A stretch of 64,000 bases of DNA from Microbotryum violaceum (GCA_001244265.2 CDLV01000004.1:3038001-3102000); one strand, 5' to 3'. Shown: positions 38,382 to 52,700, numbered from the stretch's first letter. The notes: generated by a model not told the origin, from the sequence alone. Numbers and translations: made by a program.

Positions 38382-41300
38382 CTCCCACCGGTCAAAGAGA
38401 CTAACGAGACCATTCCAAGTAGCGCACAAAGTTGATCAAAGCGTTGAAATCCCAAAGGCTTCGTCATAATATCCGCGGCATTGACGTGGGTAGGGCAGTA
38501 TTCAAGTTCGACCTCGCCAGAAGCAACCCGTTCTTGAACGAACAAATGAGCAATGTTGAAGTGCTTGGTCGCATGTGATCGACCGGATCCTTGGCGATCT
38601 GGATGCATGCGGCGTTGTCCTCTTGAATGACAGTAGGCTGTGCTTGTGGAATGCCAACATCACCAGCCAAACAACGGAGCCAGATTGCTTCACAAGTGGC
38701 TGAGGATGCAGAGAGGATTTCGGCTTCGGTAGTGGATGTAGTGATCATAGATTGTTGCTTCGACTGCCAGGAGATAACGCCGCCAGCGAGCATTGATGCA
38801 TAGGCTCCCACCAATCTGCGAGATTCCGGGTCATCCGCAAACGAGGCATCGGAGTAGACCATCAATCGAGTTGTGGAACTGTTTCGATAAAGAATTCCCA
38901 AATCGATGGTGCTGTTGAGGTAGCGAAATATATGCTTGACCGCAGCCCAATTGTCGACAGTTGGACAGGAGTTCTTTTGAGCAACGGCACGAACAGCAAT
39001 CGCGATATCGGGTCGACATCGAGTGGACGCGTACTGCAGGAAACCCACAGCTGATTGGTACAATGACACATCAGCAAACGGAGTAGCATCGATTCGAAGC
39101 GAGGGGCGATCGTCCATGGGCGTGACTGCATGGCGCTTGGATGGAGAAGCGAAATCGAACTTCTCGAGCATAGTGCGGACATACTTGCTTTGGTGAACGA
39201 GGATGTAATCTTTGGTGCGATGAATTTCGAAGCCCAGGAAGTAGGAGATGGGTCCGAGACGCTTGAGCTGGAAGGCCTTGTGAAGCGATCCGAGCTCGGA
39301 GTCCAAGAAGGACTGATTGTTGGACGCAATGAGCCCGTCGTCAACATAGAGAGTGATGATAGCAAACGAAGTGCCCGAATGTTTGATGTAGAAGCAAGCA
39401 TCGTCAGTTGCCCTCATGTAGCCTCGAGACACCATGAGATCGTTGACGGCTCAATACCATTCACGGGGCGCTTGTTTGGTGCCATACATGGAACCCACGA
39501 GCTTGAGGCACTTGCCAGGGGATTGAGGACGATTCCATCCTTTTGGGTATTGAACATAGACATCCTCGGTCATCTTGCCGTTGAGAAAGGCGCAGTCAAA
39601 ATCGAACTGTTCGAGATACAGGCCCTGAGCAGCAGCCAGAGCAATCAAGAACAAAATCGTCGAAGAACGAGCGACAGGAGCGTAGGTGTCATGGTAGTTG
39701 ATGCCTGGGCGTTGAGCAAATCCTTGAGCAACGAGACGAGCTTTGAAACGAATGATTTTGCCGTTTGCATTGCGCTTGATACTGTAGACCCAGATTGTGC
39801 CAAGTACCCAAATTCCTTTGTGCCACTTGACTTCCTGAAAGACTCCATGATGATCAAATTGTAGAAGTTCTGAGACCATTGCCGCACTCCAATGGTTGCG
39901 ATAGGGTGACTTCATGGCTTCCTCAGAATGTCTCGGGTATCTTGATGTCTTCTTTGGCAAACACGGCAGCACAGTAGGCATTGTAGGAAAGCTTGTCGTG
40001 GAACATGGGTGGAGTATCCAAGACATTGACCATGATAGCCGAAATGATGGGAAGTATATTTTCCGGAGGTTGAGGTCGACGACGAGAACCAGCAGGAAGG
40101 ATGTTGGAAGGATCAACATTCTCGAATTGGCCAGGATTTGGACCAGTGCAAACAATGGCGTAACCTTCACGAGGAGCGAGAGCGACTTCTGCCTCACCGT
40201 CGAGTGGTTCTTCTGCGTCATGATAGTTAACAGGTCCATCGTCGAGTCCATCGTTGTCGTCATTGTCGTCATCCTTACGAGGAACGACTGCAAGATACCC
40301 CCGCTGTTGACCAACTCCAATTGGAACCACTGGAGGAGGCTGTGGATCTGGCAAAGTTGGATCCACAACAGGTGAAGTTGGTGTAGACGGCAACACATCT
40401 GGAGGAGGATGAGGAGGATGAGGAGGATGAGGAGGTTGAGAATGATGAACGGGATCAGAAGCGTCCGCACGATCTTGAGACAAAGTGACGACGGAAGGAG
40501 TCTCAAGGAATGTGACGTGACGCGAAACGTAGACCTGTTTCGACGATTGGACCCAGACACAGTAGTTGTATTCACCGGAGCACCCGATGAAAACTCCCTG
40601 AATGGAGCGAGGTGCAAGCTTGGAGCGACGCTCCTTGGGAACGTGGACAAACGCCCTAGATCCGAATGGCTGAAGATGAGCAAGACTAGGCTTCTTGCCG
40701 AGAAGAACTTTGATTGCTGTTTTTCCTTGAATACGAGGATGTGGTCAACGATTGAGAACAAATGTCGCGACGGCCAGAGCATCTGACCAGAATCGCATGG
40801 GAAGACCGGAGTTGAGGAGCATTGATTGTAATACCCCAGGCCCTTCACGACTAGGTTACACAGTCCAAAAGACTGACAATTTCAATAGATGCATATTGAA
40901 ATCAGAAGGGTAGTTAAATAGCGTAAGGCAACCGAGCCTTACATTGATCAAACGAGACCCATGAGAGATCCATTGAGTCGCTCTACTTGACCATTTTGCT
41001 CCGGAGTATAGGGGGCCGTGAATTCCACGATGATGCCCTGCTTTTCAAGAAGAGCCCGGAACAATGAGTTGTCAAATTCACGACCATTGTCCGATCTGAC
41101 ACTCTTGATTTTCTGACCCGTTTGACGCTCGGACTCGGCTTGAAATTTCGACCATGCTTCGATAATCGTCTCAGCCCTCTTGTCCTTTAGCACGATCGTC
41201 CATTTAGCCGTCGAATACTGATCCACGATAGCGAGATAGATAATATCGCCATGGTGATTGGGATGTTCAACAAACCCGAGATTGATGAAGACGCGGTAGA

Positions 41301-42923
41301 GTGCATGAGGCGCTTCGGTACTCTTGTTGGAGAAGGGTGATCGCTTTGACTTGGCCTGGATGCACAAGAAGCAAGGAGTAACCTTTTCGTCCTTCAGAGT
41401 GATTCCAGTGATAGCCCCGGATTTGACGGCCAAAACAATCGCCGCAGGAGATTGATGGCCCAACTTCCGATGTGCTTCCATCAACGTACAGGTTCCAGTG
41501 AGACGATTGGCTCCGACCATTGAAGGCGGTGAGGATGACATGATAGGCTGAACGGGAGCTGCATCCATGACAAACCCCCGACCAGGAAGCGAGCGCAGAA
41601 TTGACTTGCCGCGGATGCTGAAAATGAGATTGCTTTGGGGACCAACAGCGTACGTCATCGATTCCAACAGACGGTCGATGGAGATAAAACCGCATTGAGC
41701 ACCGGGCATGTAGTAGACCCTCTTAATGGTGATACGAGCGCCATATGAGGTAAGAAACATCACTAAGCCATGACCGGGAGATTCGATTTGAGATTGATCG
41801 GCGACAGAAATTTTGAGAGGCTCAGAGACACGTCCGATAGGACCGACTTGTCTCCAACGCAATGGACCTTAGCACCCGAGTCAATGATCCATGGAAAACG
41901 TGGCATCGTTCGCGAATAGGGGAAAGTGTAGGTCATCAATGCAGATTCATCTACACCAATGGCAGCTACGTTCGAATTTGAGTCCGAGGAAGCGGGAGCG
42001 CTCGCATCCTTGTTCCTGCTTGGACAGAGACGCCAACCACGCTCGTGTCCCAGTGCTTTGCAGCGCGAACAATACGACTTGGAGTAGTCCTTTTGCGCCG
42101 TGGTGGAAATACGGGTGACGAGGCTAGTATTGTCAATGATCCGAGCGGATAACAACTCCTTTTGTTTGTTTCGGGAATCAGCCATTTCGACGTTCATCAG
42201 GAGTTTCGGATAGAACGTGTTCCAATCCATGTGGATGTCGATGTCGGAGGCAAGGTTCCCAACGATCGAGTCATACTGGGCTGGGAGCGACCGAACGAGC
42301 ATGCCTGCAAACAGCCAATGCGGAAGCGGAGCTCCGAGGTTCTGAAAATCGGTCATGGCGATCTTGACCTTGTTGACGAATTCCTTAAAAGGAATATTCC
42401 CAGAGTAAGGTTGCGCTAGAATGTTGAGGAGGTCCATAGTGCGACTCGGGCGACCGTGAGAGTGGAGACCACGGAGGGTGTCCCACATCTTGTACGCCGA
42501 GGTAAGATGAATCAAGTGAGACATCTGTTCCTCAGAGATCGAATTGGCGATGTACTTGCATGCCAAATCGTTGCGGCGGATGGCCCGTTCGCGATATTCC
42601 ACGACCTTGTCCGCAACTTGAACACTGGTGAGCCTGGGCGAGGCGTCCGAGTGCGCAGAACCAGAGCCCCCCCCCCCAAGCCCGCTAAAGCCGGAGGAGG
42701 CTGGTTCAACTGGCGTGACGGACGCAGTTGCATGTGTGATAACGAGCGTGGACCAATAGTCCGCGACAAGGGAGTTGATGGATTGATTGACGACATCCCA
42801 TACTTTGTTGGCTCGAAGATTGATAAACGCACGTTGTGACCAGCTCTTGTACCCTTGTGTGTCCTTGAGATACAAGCGATTGCCCGACCTGTTGGGGAAG
42901 TCGGATTCGCCCTTTGAGCTCAT
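38382..42923 (-). pseudogene. Copia-2 gag-pol, disrupted
   Basis: ORFs 41763..42938, 40948..41862, 39923..40483, 39451..40848, 38464..39435 and 38363..38608. Confidence 0.92.
40827..40943 (+). mobile_element. Small solo LTR (117 bp) inserted in the Copia-2 integrase
   Basis: TGTAA...TTACA termini; TSD TTGAT (40822-40826, 40944-40948); removing it restores [18 protein letters not shown]. Confidence 0.9.
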
Positions 42924-42927
42924 AACC

Positions 42928-43116
42928 TGTTGCAACAAGGACTAAGAGGTACTCCACAACTCATCTCCGAGATACACGAGTGAGATGATGAGAATAGCGT
43001 GGAGAAGGAACCCAGAAGGAAAAAAGATGCAAAGACAAAGATAGGCGCGCGCGCAGAATAAAGTGTTAACCAAGACTAATAGCAATGAGTTAGGCTCTCA
43101 GACCCCACTTCTAACA
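42928..43116 (-). repeat. 5' LTR of Copia-2
   Basis: Followed on the minus strand by the half-tRNA-iMet PBS containing the gag ATG. Confidence 0.95.
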
Positions 43117-43263
43117 AAGACTACCAAGCAGCGATTCCCTTCAACAACACTCCAGCATATCAGATCAGTATACAAGACCGCGGCAGGGCCTCTTAAACAC
43201 TTGCATCCTACCTGTGCAGGCCCACGCCGATTTGGCCGACTTGAAAAAGGAAACTCCTATTGG

Positions 43264-44432
43264 ATGGACAACAACAACAACACCAACAACGCCAGCCATG
43301 CTGCTATACCACCTCTTCGCCCTGACCCTCCCGATCCTCCCGGCCAAGCCCCCGCCACCACCACCAAATCATACTCCGCCGCGGTCGGCGCCCACTCCGC
43401 TGCGAAGCACGGAAACGCCACCGCCAACGCCTTGACTGCCGTCGCCGCCCATCCACTGATGCACAACATCGAGAATTGTGTCATCATCAACACCCCACCC
43501 TCAACCTCGGTCGAGCAAGTCCTCCTCGCGCTTGACAAATACTACCCTGGCCTTACCGGCGCAATGCCATGCGTCATCAAGGGCCAGCGCGGCCTCCGCT
43601 TTCCCAAGGCCGCCGATTTCGACACCCTGGTGGCCAACGGCCTCACTGTTGGCAAGACTCTGTGCAAAGTCGAGAAGATGTACAGCTCTACTAGAGGAGG
43701 TGTTGTACAATGCACCCTTACGGGCTTTTCTCCGACACCGAGGGCCTCTGCCTATTCGATGAGCAGATCGCTGCCTATGGCACGGTCCTCCGTCGTCGCA
43801 TCCAATATATTGGACTCTCCAATACATTGGAAAGGCGAAACACATATCTGGGGTGTACGAATTTATCCTTGCCCTTAAGGATGTAGATGTTTTGCCCCGG
43901 CCTCCGCCCACGACCGCACGACCAAAAAACGTCGAGTGGAACAGGATCTGGCTGCCCAGACTGAAGATCTGTCCAACAGAGCTCAGCCCGATTCTCTGTC
44001 GAAGAATGCCCGCCCGAGTTCTCCTTCAATTTCCCTTGCAAAACTGCCACTCCTCCTGCCCCCAGCCTGCCTCCAATCAGGGAATTGCCTACTCCCTCGT
44101 TGAAAAATCCTCCGAGTCCCCCAGCTCAGAGACCACCTCTTCATCCCCAAGCCCTCCTCCGGCCACGCCAAAGTCGATCATAACTCGATCCAAGTCAATT
44201 GCCGCCCTCTCCAAGCCAGCCACTCGTGAAGCCCCTCCCACTGCGCCTGCCCTCGAAGCCTCCGAGCCGAGCCCCGAGCCGTCTTCGCCCACGCCGTTGC
44301 CTTTCAGCCGCGCCCAAAGCCCGACCCAATGACGCCGACACCGACGACCAGGCCGACGATGAAGCCGAAGACCAAGAAACACCTCCTAAGGACGTGGAAG
44401 ACGCTATGGACCAAGATGATGAGCACAACTAA
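43264..44432 (+). pseudogene. LINE-b ORF1, frameshifted
   Basis: MDNNNN...KSYSAAVG...; lies upstream of ORF2 and overlaps its ATG. Confidence 0.65.
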
Positions 44433-47400
44433 AATCCCAAATGTGTCTTTTGTTGCTGCCAACGTGCAGTCAATCAATGAAGACCGTAAGCGTGCCTCTC
44501 TTTTCTCCAATCTCCGCTCCCATAACGCCGACGTCTTTCTCCTGAGCAAAACTGGCCAACCTTCCCCCAAAAGGGTGGCCCAGTGGACTCAGGAGTGCTA
44601 AGACTTAAAGCTCTCCGCTCTTTTCACTCCTTTCAACAACACTGCCATACTTTGGAAGAGCGACTCCGTGGTCATGACTTTGGATCCCGAGTCGCCTCCA
44701 AACACTCTTCGTGCCTCTTTCTCTTTCCCGGATCGAGTCACCGACGCCACCTTTTGTGTGGGTGATTCAAAAGTCCGGGTTGTATCAATATACGCGCCTT
44801 CCTCCGACAAGCCAGACAAAAAACGCTTCCTCTCACACCTCAGCACCGCCCTCCGACAAGTTGTACGTGACGAACCCTCGCCGCCTGCGCTCCTAGTCGG
44901 GGGGACTAGAATTGTGTTGAGTCCCAGCCCCTCGATTCGGAGAACCAAAACAGAGCGAATTATGGGGTCCAGGAGATGCGCAACCTTGCCACGGCCAACA
45001 ATCTTTTCGACGCCTATCGGCTCCATCATCCTAAAGGACGAGCCACGACGAATCACTCAGCGCCCGGCACGTGCCGTCGCCTTGACCGCATCTATGTCTT
45101 GCCTGATTGGGTCGACCTCTTCCATGATCACAAAATTTGGGCTCCTGTCCTCAAATCGACGCACTCATGGTTGTGGCACGGTTCCAAGTGCCGGGCGCAA
45201 TCGACATCGGTCCGGGCAAATTCAAGCTGGGTTTGCACGTGATCGAGGGCAACGCAACCTGCGAGTACCTCACCTCCATTGTCCGCACCCTTTACAACAA
45301 AGCCCTCCTCCAGACGCCCAACAATCCACCAGCAGCTTGGACGTCCACCAAACACCGCCTGCTGCCCGAGCTGCAGGCTCTGGCCCGGACTTTCGCTCGG
45401 TTCCGTCGTGGCGGGTCGGAGCAAGAGAGGGCTGACCACTCGCGCTACGGCGCGGCCCTGCGGTCCCGCCTTGACCCATCTCTGGCGGGTCCCTCTTCCA
45501 TCTTCATCCGCCTGCGCAAAGTGCGAGCATCCGACCTGATCCCTTCGCTCACGGTCAACGATGTTGTTCATTCCGACCCTGATTCCGACCCTGATTTGAT
45601 GCTTGGAGCGCCCAGCGACTACTTCGAGCAGGTCTATGAGGACCGCCCCATCGATGACGCGGCCCTGAAGGCGATCATCAACGGCCTCGCTCAACTTGCC
45701 TCTCCCCCGCGGACTCACTCAAGCTCAAGGAAGCGTACCCGTTGGAGGAGATGACAAAGGCTCAAGCGGCGTGTAAGTCGAACTCTTCGCCAGGGCCTGA
45801 CGGCCTCCCGGTTGAGTTTTATTGCGCTACGTGGCCGGCCACTGGCCCGATTCTTCGAGACGTCATCAACTCAATCCCCACCGAGGCCCGTCAGCCTGGA
45901 CCTCTTCCCCGCAACACCGCCCACATCCATCTTATCCACAAACGCGGCGAGAGGGATCAGCTTTCGAACAAACGCTCCATATTGCTCATCAATGCGGCCG
46001 AGTGCATCATCTCGCAAGCCCACAACCAGTGCCTCGCTCCCATGCTCAAGTCCCTGATCGGCCCAACCCAACGTGGCTTTGTTCCAAACCGTTGGATCGG
46101 CACGAACATTGCTGAGGTCCAATGTCTCATGGACCCTGGACTTCCGGGTTCAACACCCGTGTCTGGCATGCTAGCAGTGATGGGCTTTGAAAAGGCTTAC
46201 AATCGTCTTTCCCACCCATACCTTGATGCAGTCCTCTGCGCCGTTGGCCTCGGCCCCAAAGCCCGCCAATGGTACCGAGCGACCTACACCAACCAATCTG
46301 CCTCGATCCTCCTCAACGGTTGGCTCTCTGCCACTTTCGACATCCTGTCGGGCGTTCGGCAAGGTGATCCTTTGGCTCCGTCTCTCTTCGTCCTGGCAAT
46401 CGAAGGTTTTGCCTGTCAGATTCGATTGAGAGTCAAGGGCATCGATATTGCGGGCCTCCAAAACGTTCGCAAACTCCTTTTTGCCGACGACGCTTGCTGC
46501 GCACTCCACAACCTCTCGGACCTCGACCACCTCAATCGGGCCATCGAGCTTTACGAACGGGCAAGTGCCAGCAAGCTCAGCAACGTCAAATCTTTCCTCT
46601 ACCCCCTTGGAGCTTTTTGGGATTGGTCGATCGCCCCAGATCTCGGGACCTGGCGTCTCAGCGATTCACAGTTTCGCTACCTTGGTATTCAGGTCGGGGT
46701 GGAGATCGCTGAGGATGCGGGCTGGGAAGATGTCAAGGCCTTGACCATTGCTCGGATACGCTCGATTCCGATGTACGATCTCCCATATGCAGCCAAGTGT
46801 TCGATCATCAACATCTACTGCTACACAAAGATCTTGTACTACAGCCGATTCCTTCCCACCCCAAGAGCGTTGTCAAGGAGATCGAGGAGGCCGCCATGCT
46901 TGCCATTCACGGTCAAGCTTCGGATGGTACTCAGCGACGTCCGAAGGTCTCCCGGTCGCGCCTCTGCACCCCTCTTGATCACGGCGGCTTCGGTTTGATT
47001 GATCTGCCTTGGCGTCTAGCAATCGATCACGCAAAGTGGGTCTTCCAGCTCCGGGCCCCGGACGGCTGCTTCACACGCCACCTCTTCGACATCCGCATCC
47101 GCCTCCAGGCACCAAACGAACCAACCCCTTTCACCTTGTCCAGACCGGCCCCCAACCAGCATCGTTGCCCTTGGATTTGGATCTGGTGGGCTTACTTTTG
47201 CCATCCTCCCCAAAGTGGGACCATGCGGTGAGAAAAACGACAAAACTTCTTCCTGCTCGTTGGGTCCGATACTTCGAAGCCTGGGCGTTGGTGACCACGC
47301 TCAATCCCCCGGAGCTTTCCAAGAGCCAGAACCTCGAGCAATGGGCGACGCACGTACTCTGTTTCCCAGCGGGCCACGGAATCCAACTCTCGGTAAACCC

Positions 47401-47997
47401 GACGCTTTTTCGAGGGCCCGATGGCGAGGTGATGACCCCGTCTTCGTTTGTGAACGCGTCCAAACGCCACCAAGTCTTCATCTTCCCCCTTATCTTCCCC
47501 AAGGGACACCAGAAGGTATTCGATCTGCCTGAGCAACGCTGGAACGCTTGGTGGAAGGCTTTGCGCAAGGTTCGCCGGGTTCACTCGGACGCCGAGGATA
47601 CCGGCCACCTTCTCTCCCTGGGGTCCCTCCATCCGGGAAGCCAAGTCGCCTCCCCAACCAGCCCACATCCCAACAATCGATCTACCTCCTGTGTGATGTG
47701 CCTCTCGGAAGCACCCGAGTGCCTGGTTCACCTCGCGGTCGGCTGCCCATTTGCCCGGCGCCTCTGGTCTGCTCTGTCCCCGACCCCCACCCAGTCTTTG
47801 TGGACTTTGTATGCCCGGTCGTGTCTCGCTCGGAACGTCGACTTGTCGAACTACGAGACCTCTTCTTTCACTCGATCTGGAAGCTCTGTTGCTGTTGTCG
47901 ATTTTCATCGGATCTTTTGGAACCGATCACCGAAACGGAGTTCGAGGGGCTTCGAGCCTCTATCCAGGAGTCCAAGGGTCGCCTAGTGTCTCTGTAA
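44416..47997 (+). pseudogene. LINE-b ORF2 (APE-RT-zinc finger), disrupted
   Basis: SFVAANVQSIN, VSIYAP, RRLDRIY; SPGPDGLP, QRGFVP, RQGDPLAP, FADD, RYLG, GGFGL; CVMC...HLAVGC. Confidence 0.9.
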
Positions 47998-49759
47998 GAC
48001 ACCAAAGGGGGTTTTAGTGGGTATGTTTGATCCTGGTTCAGGGTCAATGAGTCCTACACTACTGGCTTCTGCCAGTGTGCGTTACAGCATTCCCTCCGAC
48101 TTTTCCGAAGATTTCTAGGTATTAATATAATTATGCTGTTAATGAAGTCTATCAAATAAATAAAAATAAAAATTCAACACATCCTCTTTGAACGTCAACC
48201 CTCGAGTTGTTTTTCTTCACCATCAACTGGTGACACTACATGCGTGAGTCGTCCGTTGACATCACAGCTTCTACAAAAATGCTGCCGAAGGCATTTACAA
48301 TGGGCAAAAAGTAGCAAAGTCCTATGCTACACCGCTGCCCGTCAACGTTGACGGCCATGCTGATCTGTACACACACACCATCCTAAGGGTGGGGGATGTC
48401 TGTTCAGTCATGTGCTCGATACAAGGCAGAGCGTGGAAGTCAAAGGCCACAGGAAAATACAGCGGAAGGATTGAGTTCATACCGCTGAGAATCCGGGTCC
48501 ATGGGACACTAAATGTAAGTCTTCACTGCCATGGCTACAGATAGACAACAGCAAGAATACTGATAATTGTTTCACGCAAAAACAGATGTCTGACTTGATG
48601 AATTGCGGCTCACCATTACGTGGCAGCTCGCAAGTCAAGCTTGCAACACCCGTGAAAAGGTCCACACTCGACGCAGGTCTTGACGACATTCTGAGCCCAT
48701 CATCGGGCTCCCGGAGAACAAAAAAGTAGCTCAATGATGAAATGAAAACTGTGTACATTTGATTGTCGCGCGCGGTCCTCTCCCGACTTGAACCACCAGG
48801 TTTCTGTTACAACAGTGGCCAAACTGTTGCAGCAAAGCACATCACATTGCAGCGGATCAAGGGTTACGGTGTGAGGTGGCGCGCGGAGTGCGCCGCCAAA
48901 CCTAGTAAAATACAAAACGTCGTCGAGACAAAGAACGTTTTAGAACAAGACAAACCACGTAGACAAACCACGTGGCGTGACGTCATAGCCAGCTCTCGGT
49001 CCAGCGCGTCCCAGCTAGCTAGCGCTGTTTCAGAATGGTTTGGCCAGCTACAGGTCGTTTCGTCTACGTTCGACGAGGTTCCATTTTCCATCAAAGCAGC
49101 CTGGCACGTGACTCTCCGCTTCCCAGAGCAGACTGAGACGACCTGTTGTGCGTGTCTACCACATCGTAGCGTAGTTCCTTCAATCATCCAGTTCCTGCCA
49201 CTGCCGAAATCTATGCCAGACCTCGGGTAGTGTCGGCCAGTGCGCCAATTTCGCCGTTAGGGGCCCACCAGCGTGTCACGGGGCTTCACTCCATCAGCGG
49301 CCTTCCACGACATTCTAATTTCTATGAGTCCGGTTTAAACCGATTCTCGGCACTCGCGATGGCTAGGAGCTAGAGGTGGTTTCGCCAACGTTCGCTGACG
49401 CTCGCCGGCGTTCCATAATTGGCGAAGTTACGTCAACGTTATCAAATGAATTTACCGCCTGTGAGCACGACGTCTCGGAGATCTGAAGCCCAGCAACGAC
49501 GTCGTCAACGGGAAAGGCTCGAGCGAGAGCGTTCCGGTCCGGTCCCATCGACGAATCAGTCCACTTCTAGAAGATCTAGGGCACAACGATTGCGGTGACT
49601 CAGGGAAAGGCAGCAAAATGATTCTGTCGATGTATCACCTCCACCCCAGCCAACGCCCGACGTCCACTCTGTCCCGCAGCGACGACCTCACAGTCCTGAA
49701 CCTCCGGGAGCGCGTTCGGTTCGCGCACGGCAACAACCACCCGCCACACAATCACCGAT

Positions 49760-52700
49760 GGCACTGCGTCCACTGCCGGAAGGAGCCTACCCTCGACACG
49801 ACTTAGGTCCAATGGATCTTCTGTGTCCGAAGTGTAGCGCCTTCCATTGGGCCTTCGAACGCTTGGGAGGACGGCAAAATTCAGTATTCAGGTCATGATG
49901 CGACGATGGCAAGGTGGAGCTACCGAAGATCAGAAAACCTCCCAACACTTTGCTTGAGCTTCTCACTGGCGATGGGCAAGGTATGCTAGACACCATGCAC
50001 TTATTTGTTGGTGCAGTACATCCGACGAAAACGCCTTGCACCGTGTGTACAGTGAAGAAACTATTCCGTGAGCGAATCCTGGCCTTCAACGAGAACCTTG
50101 CAATGGCGTCATTTGGAACAAGCCAAGATTACAGAATCATCGGCGCTGGTGGACCGCCTTCTTTCTACCTCAGCGGGAATGTCTATCATAGAATGGGTAC
50201 GCTAGCCCCAGCACGAGGTAGCAACCCTGTATTCGCGCAAATTCTCTTCGTGGCTCCTTCCGAACGGGTTGGGGCTCGAATTAGGTTCAACGGACCCTCA
50301 TCGGACGACGAACAGCAATTGGTCACCGCCAGATTCTTCCCCGGTTGGACGAGATGATGCTACAAGAAAACAGGAGAGCGCAGCAGTTCCTCACGGCGCG
50401 AAAGTTCATCAATCATGAGGATGCCCACGCATATCAGTTACGTCTTCTTGCACCACGAAATCGAGACCTCAGGAGGTACAATTTGCCAACGCAAGACGAG
50501 GTCGCCGTAATCCTACCGGGTGACGAGACGGAGCATCGTTCGTCTTATCGGGAAATCGTGGTGCGATTACGTTCGCCACCAGATGGGGACACCACCAGTC
50601 GGCTTCAAACCCTTCCAGACAAACATCCAGCGGTGATGTTGCTGACATATCCGCTACTCTTGCCGTTCGGAGAAGACTGGTATCAGGACAACATTCCTTT
50701 CAGTCAAAACGCAAAGCGCATCTTCGGCTGATCGGAGAACTCGGAACGCGGATGGCGACTTGCAGCGTACGCATGGGTCTGGCTCGACGACCGTCGATAA
50801 TCCGCAAACCGGGAGGTGGATCGAAACACGTCACACCGCTTCAATTCAACGCCTATTACTTCCACATTTGGCCCGAAGACGTGTCCTTCCCTACACTATT
50901 CCTTGGTGGTCGACTTTTTCAAAAGTTCGTCGCCAATGCGTGGGCTCTGACAGAGCAGGAACGGCTGCGATGGATCAAGACGAACCAGAAAACATTAAGA
51001 GCCGAGGAGTATTCGTCCCTTCAAGCCAGCCTTGCGGAGGGCATCGATCCGTCGGAAATTGGGAAAAGAGTTATCTTACCGTCTTCGTACCCCAGCTCAC
51101 CTCGGAATAAGGTGCAGCTATACCAAGACGCCATGGCAATCGTCCGTGCTTTCGGCGCACCGGATCTGTTTATCACGATGACCTGCAATCCCGCCTGGCC
51201 AGAGATCGTAAACGCGTTGTTGCCAGGCCAAACTTCTTCGAATCGTCCCGACATTGTACTACGAGTTTTCCAGGGCAAGCTCACAGCTTGCCTTCATGAC
51301 ATCTATGGAGACCATGGCAAACCCGGTGTGTTCGGCAGGGTGAGTTCTATCGCATTGGTTTCAGGGTATTCTGTGTGCTGATGTACACCCCAAATATTGT
51401 CCATTATTCAGGTGGTTGCCCACGTTCATGTAATCGAGTTTCAGAAGAGGGGCCTCCCACACGCCCACATCCTTCTGATCTTACATCCGGATGACAAACC
51501 GAAGACGAACGAAGACTTTGACCGAATTGTCACAGCGGAAATTCCGGATCGAGAGAAGTTTCCGACATTGTTTGAGACGATCACCAATTCCATGCTCCAT
51601 CGTCGATGCGACCTCCCCGGACAACACACCTGTCACGACAAGAATGGAAAATGCTCGAAGGGATTCCCGAAGCAATTTCAGGATCGCACTACCAGTGAAG
51701 ACGGGGGGCTATCCGCATTACCGTCGCCGCAATCTTCACCAGTTCATCAAGTTTCCGGGAGCTGGACGGGAGGAGATCTATACTGACGGGAACGTTGTAC
51801 CGACTAACCCGTGGCTGGCTTCGAAATACAATTGCCATATCAATGTGGAAATTGCGAACGGGGTTGCGGCGGTCAAGTACCTTTACAAATACGTTTACAA
51901 GGGTCATGACCGAACTTTATTCACCGTGGAAGCAGGCGCGCCGCGTGACGAAGTGAAAGACTTCCTCGATGCGCGATATGTCTGTGTTTCAGAAGCAATG
52001 CACCGACTGTTTCAACACCAAATACACGGTCACAAACCAGCCGTCACACGTCTTGCACTTCACCTGCCTAACGAACAACAAGTCCGATTTGATTCTGAAG
52101 ACGGACCGCCAACTATGGCAGCTCCACCAGAGACGACTCTTACGGCATTCGTGAAGCTTTGCGCCACAGTTCCACCGGTACCCAGGGCACAAAACTCACT
52201 TTATCTCGACGTGCCCAGGTCCTTTCGCTGGGATTTAAACAAGCGAGCTTGGCAAGAGCGGAAAACGAACACGCCGGCCATTGGCCGTATGTACTTCTGC
52301 GGTCCGGAAGCCGGTGAACGATATTACTTGCGGTTGCTTCTACTCAACGTCCCGTCGCCGACATCCTTCGCTCAATTGAGAACTTTCAACGGCACGGAAT
52401 TTAAGACTTCCCGGAAAGCATGTGTCGAACGAGGATTACTGCGAGACAACACCGAGGCAAACCGGTGCCTCACGGAAGCGGCCGTCTTTCATTCCGGTCA
52501 CCAGCTTCGCCATCTATTTGCGATGTTGTTGACCACTGATGGCGGTGTCTCGAATGCAGCGGAGTTATGGGAGACACACCACAACAGTCTGTCGGACGAT
52601 GCCGAGTACCATCTGCGGATGCGACGTGAACAGTCTTTCATCATTCCAGAACACATTTCTAGCTGGGCACTACTCCAACTGGACCAGATCCTCCAACGCT

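Larger units (their letters stand above)
38193..43116 (-). mobile_element. Ty1/Copia element (Copia-2), both LTRs, no matching TSD
   Basis: 189-bp LTRs TGTTG...TAACA at 38193-38381 and 42928-43116; PBS GGTTATGAGCTC (42916-42927); PR (IIDSGA), IN (HRKLGH, SDNGREF), RT (YVDD), RH (YSDASF). Confidence 0.95.
43117..48172 (+). mobile_element. Near full-length L1/Tx1-like LINE (LINE-b), decayed
   Basis: ORF1 (about 43264-44432) then ORF2 with APE endonuclease, RT and C-terminal CxxC...H...C; A-rich tail at about 48154-48172. The 5' limit is approximate. Confidence 0.9.

Noticed and set aside
43140-48179. TTCAACA as the LINE-b target-site duplication
   Set aside because: Only 7 bp in CA-rich sequence, so it could be chance.
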